Shown in pieces: positions 59,662-64,000 of a stretch of DNA of 64,000 bases. Location of the stretch: positions 16,554,001-16,618,000 of the forward strand of contig NC_082729.1 of the NCBI RefSeq assembly GCF_030144855.1, in the 5' to 3' direction. Under the pieces are notes generated by a model, which saw nothing but the letters and a program-made list of their open reading frames with translations, was not told the DNA's origin and ran no database searches. The stretch is from Hypanus sabinus. Taxonomy: Eukaryota. Made by a program: the position numbers and the translations under genes. Positions within the stretch are counted from its first letter, which is position 1. Every line of letters begins with the position of its first letter.

Positions 59662-62325
59662 TACTTCTACTACAAGTGCCTCATATACTTCATTTTCATC
59701 CACAATTTTATGTCCTATCCTTTTCTTTATAAAACTTGCAACACCAACCCCGCTACCAAAACTAATCTGTCACGCCTAATTAAAATATAATCCTGCAAAG
59801 AAAAATGTCAATGTTGTCACAACCAATTTTCCTGAATACATATAACTTCAGCTGGATTTGATAAATCAGGAACAAACTTCTTAAAGGCTTGACCATTAGA
59901 AATCAGGCTACTCACATTCCACTGCAATATTTTTATGCCCATTAAACATCACAAGGAGACTGAAATGTAGATACCCCACCCATCAGATTCATTTACAGCT
60001 TCCCACTTAGCACCAATTATACCCAGATAATTTTCAGTAGCTTTCACAACAATTTTAATTTCCTCAGTACGACTAGATGTCTGAGCAGAACAATTCACCC
60101 CATCCATTATGAATATCACAAACATTATTTTATCAACTAATAAAGTGTCTTTAGTAAGAGAAGTATGATTGCGACATAAAGCCTCTGATTGCGCAGTCTG
60201 TTCTCTGACTGGTAATACTTTATCAATGTTTGGTTGAACTTTTTGCACAGCCACTGCATAAGACACACCTAATTGTACTGTAACCTTTTGAACTTAAGCT
60301 GCCTTCTTAAGTACTTCACATCCTCTATGTTCTGCTCCACAATTACAACAATTAAACTTTACGCTCTCACAGTCTTCATATTAATGTTCCCCATCACACT
60401 TACTACATCTTAAGTTTCCACGACATCCTGCTGCAACATGCCCAAATCTCTGACGTTTCTAACATCTAAGTGGGGATGGAATGTAAGCTTGAATATTATA
60501 TCTAACATACCCCAAACTAATTTTATCAGGGAGCTTCACTTCATCAAAACATATCAATATAGATAAACTATCCATCCCTTCCCCATTTCTGACTACTTGT
60601 AATCTCTTTACTTCCTTAACCTTGCCTCCCAATAAATGAGATTTAACCTCTTCTGTCAAAATCTCCGCTGGAACACCTGCTATAACATCCTTAACAATTC
60701 TATTTTCATTAGGCAAAATAAGTACTATCTTTTTGGCAAGATACTTCAATCGTAATGCCTTCTCACACGGCTTTTTATCCTTAACACACGATTAACATCT
60801 TCCCTAAAGTACGAGCGGCTTTTAGCTTTGTAATTAATTTAATGGTATTGATGGAGGGCAGCTGTTCTGGTTCAAGTTTAAGCAATAGCTTGGAGGCTTT
60901 CCTTTTTTTCAAAATATCTATCCCTTCCTCTCCATCACTTGAAATCATTCCAATATTATGTTTCGTTTTCTGTTTTCCTTACAAACTCCTCCTGCCAACA
61001 CGCCCTCACCCGATACCTCTGTTTGCAGTTCCTTTTCTGGACCCTCCTCCCCCCCCCACCTGAACCAACACTATTTCTCAACATCCCCACACCGCTCACA
61101 GACAGCACCACCAACTGCCACCCCTCCCTATTCTCCGTCCCCAGCAATTGAGCCTTGAGCCCAATCGATGCCCCCGGGAAACTTTCTGCTGATGAGCAAA
61201 GGTAATGGTGCTTCCTGTGGCGCATGCATTTTGCTGGGACACCGTGATGTATAGACCGGTCTCTCGTTCAAGGGGCTCTCTGAGGCAGCCATGGGTGTCA
61301 TTTCTACTACTTTTCCCACCATTCCGTAGGGCATGTTTGGAAGCACAGATAGTGGAATGGGACTGGATGGATCTGCTAGATAATGTCGTACTTATCTCTC
61401 TAAGTCCAAAGATTAGGAACTTGGTACAGAGAATCTTTCAATCAATGAAAGTGTCTCTTAGGCTGCATCGGCTTTAATTCTTGAGAAAATCACCTTTGTT
61501 CGACCTCTTCTTCTGGACCTTTCTCCCTGTGAGATCATGTTTTGTACCATTCTCTTTGGGTACATAATGATATCAAACTCCTTTGTCCCAGGTATCAAGT
61601 GACCTGTAGCTTTCACATCACAAAAGTGCCACATACTCCAAGGTGAAAGACTAGTGTCCACCCCTTCATTGCCAACGATTAGATTACCACCATCAAACAT
61701 CAGCTGTGCTGGGGGTCAGAGTAATTGGAAAGTCTCCAGGATCAGCCATGAGAGTCTCCAGGGTCACTTGCTGTAACACTGTGGTCTCAGAGCTCAACAT
61801 AGAGACTAGAATTATCTCAGATGAAATGTCATCCTTCAAGTATTGATGTCTTTTGTAATTCATTTTGCAGGTTAGCAACGACAAAGGATTTGTGCAGAGG
61901 AATCTCAAACACAACAATGGATCAGTTTTGCTGTCTCTGTCCAGATACTTAAGGAGTGACTAGCTATTTCCTTTGTAACACCTATGTATCTGCTATTGAT
62001 CCTCGGTGACAACGTTATCTCATCCCAGCTGGTATTGTTCTTTGTATCTGAAATGAAGTTTTCAGTTGTAATTCAGTGGCATTGACTGGAATCAGGGTAC
62101 TGAGAACCCACCAGCATTTGTTCACAAGAGATCGGTCCTTCAACTGCATTGACTGTGCGAGGGATTCACCCACTCATCCCAACTGGAGACACACCAGCGA
62201 GTTCACACTGAGGAGAGGCTGGTCACCTGCTCAGACTGTGGGAAGGGATTCTGTCAATCATTTGACCGACAGAGAGACCACGAGTTCACACTGGAGAGAG
62301 TCTGTTCACCTGCTCAGATTTTGGG

Positions 62326-63582
62326 ATGGGATTCATCCAGTCATTTAAAGCACAGCGACACCAACGAGTTCACCCAGGGGAAAGGCCGTTCATCTGTTCT
62401 GAATGTGGGAAGGGATTCACTCGGTCATTTCTGTTGAAGGTACATCAGCGACTTCACACTGGGGAGAGGCCATTCAGCTGCTCAGACTGTGGGAAGGGAT
62501 TTACTCAGTCATCTCAACTACTGGCACACCAATCAGTTCACACTGGGGAGAGGCCGTTCACCTGTTCAGAATGTGGGAAGGGATTCACTCGGTCATTTCT
62601 ACTAAAGGTACATCAGCGAGTTCACACTGGGGAGAAACCATTCACTTGCTCAGACTGTGGGAAGGGATTCACTCAGGCATCCCAACTACAGAGACACCAG
62701 TCAGTTCACACTGGGAAGAGACCATTCACCTGCTCAGACTGTAAGAAGACATTCACTCAGACATCTGACCTCCTGGCACACCAGCGAATCCACACTGGAG
62801 AGAGGCCATTCATTTGTTCTGAATGTGGGAAAGGATTCACTCACTCATCCACTTTACTGAAACACCAGCGAGTTCACACTGGGGAGAGGCCATTTATCTG
62901 TTCTGTGTGTGGGAAGGGGTTCTCTCAGTCATCCGGCCTACAGACACACCAGCAAGTTCACACTGGGGAGAGGCCGTTCACCTGTTCAGACTGTGGGAAG
63001 GGATTCACTCGGTCATCTCAATTGAAGGTACATCAGCGAATTCACTCTGGGGAGAAGCCATTCACCTGCTCTGACTGTGGGAAGGGTTTTACTCATTCAT
63101 CTGACCTACTGGCACACCAGCGAGTTCACACTGGGGAGAGACCATTCTCCTGCTCAGAATGTGGGAAGGGATTCACTCAGTCATCCAATCTCCAGAGACA
63201 TCAGCGAGTTCACACCGGGGAGAGGCCGTTCACCTGCTCAGACTGTGGGAAGGGATTTATTCAGTCATCTCAACTGCTGGCACACCGATCAGTTCACAAC
63301 GGTGAAAGGCCATTCACCTGTTCAGAATGTGGGAAGGGATTCACTCAGTCGTCTCAACTGAAGGTGCATCATCGAATTCACACTGGAGAGAAACCTTTCA
63401 CCTGCTCAGACTGTGGGAAGGAATTCACACAATTATCCACCATACAGAGACACCAGCGAGTTCACACTGGGGAGAGACCATTCACCTGTTCTACGTGTGG
63501 GAAGGGATTCACTCGGTCATCCAGTCTACAGAGACACCAGTCAGTTCACACTAGGGAGTATTCATTCAACTGCTCTGACTGA
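62326..63582 (+). CDS. Poly-C2H2 zinc-finger protein (14 intact fingers, no effector domain seen)
   Basis: 418-aa ORF of tandem C2H2 fingers with TGERP linkers; decayed fingers on both flanks; start codon uncertain. Confidence 0.9.
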   Translation: MGFIQSFKAQRHQRVHPGERPFICSECGKGFTRSFLLKVHQRLHTGERPFSCSDCGKGFTQSSQLLAHQSVHTGERPFTCSECGKGFTRSFLLKVHQRVHTGEKPFTCSDCGKGFTQASQLQRHQSVHTGKRPFTCSDCKKTFTQTSDLLAHQRIHTGERPFICSECGKGFTHSSTLLKHQRVHTGERPFICSVCGKGFSQSSGLQTHQQVHTGERPFTCSDCGKGFTRSSQLKVHQRIHSGEKPFTCSDCGKGFTHSSDLLAHQRVHTGERPFSCSECGKGFTQSSNLQRHQRVHTGERPFTCSDCGKGFIQSSQLLAHRSVHNGERPFTCSECGKGFTQSSQLKVHHRIHTGEKPFTCSDCGKEFTQLSTIQRHQRVHTGERPFTCSTCGKGFTRSSSLQRHQSVHTREYSFNCSD

Positions 63583-64000
63583 GGAAAAGGATTTAGCCAG
63601 TCATCTCAATGACTGGCACACCAGTCAGTTCACACTGGGAAAAGGCGGTTCACCTTTTCTGAATAGGAAGAGATTCACTCAGTCATCTGATTTACAGAGT
63701 CACCAGTCAGTTCACACTGGGGAGAGGCCATTCACCTCCTATGACTGAGGGAAGGGATACACTTGGTCATCTGACCTACAGAGATACCAGTGAGTTCACA
63801 CTGGGGAGAAACCATTCAGCTGTTCTGAATATGGGAAGGGATTCGCTCACTCATCCCTTTTTGTGACACACTGATAGACTATTGAGTTCACACTGAGGGA
63901 AAAGTTTAAATCGGCTGCATGCTTGATATTTAGCCATTATATTGTAGCTGTTGAATCGAGAGCCAAGTCCAAAAGTGACCTTTGGTGTTGAACTCTAAAA

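Larger units (their letters stand above)
55748..61171 (-). mobile_element. Near full-length decayed Nimb/I-group LINE, copy 2, in intron 1 of gene D
   Basis: ORF1 with three CCHC knuckles near 60330-60460, endonuclease WCGDFNAH, RT, RNase H (CSDS, WVPAH.G..GNE.VD); TSD CCTCGGGAAA/CCCCGGGAAA. Confidence 0.88.

Overview
Eukaryotic, vertebrate-type DNA. The repeat content (abundant CR1 LINEs, Rex1/Babar, V-SINE, Penelope repeats) suggests a cartilaginous fish such as a ray; this is an inference. The genes are a small replication-dependent histone cluster (H4+, H2A-, H3.2-, H1-, each with 3' stem-loop and HDE; no H2B seen) at 34-43.5 kb, flanked by a family of effector-less poly-C2H2 zinc-finger genes: two intact ORFs (12131-13759, 62326-63582) and two pseudogenes. 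The zinc-finger units share promoter, intron acceptor and 3' UTR homology. Most remaining DNA is nested transposon debris: CR1, Rex1, L1, Tx1, R4/Dong, two near full-length RNase H-bearing Nimb/I-group LINEs, Gypsy gag-protease, three solo LTRs, Tc1, a MITE and SINEs. Most notable: minimal hammerhead-ribozyme motifs in Penelope repeats (one with an intact core just upstream of H4), an orphan H2A-type promoter with no gene, CDE/CHR-E2F-like elements in the histone promoters, a zinc-finger gene whose promoter region is split by a 5.4-kb LINE, start codons apparently created within decayed fingers, a 43-bp finger copy inside an intron, and an orphan RFX/CRE promoter island. TE boundaries were read by eye and are approximate unless TSDs are given.
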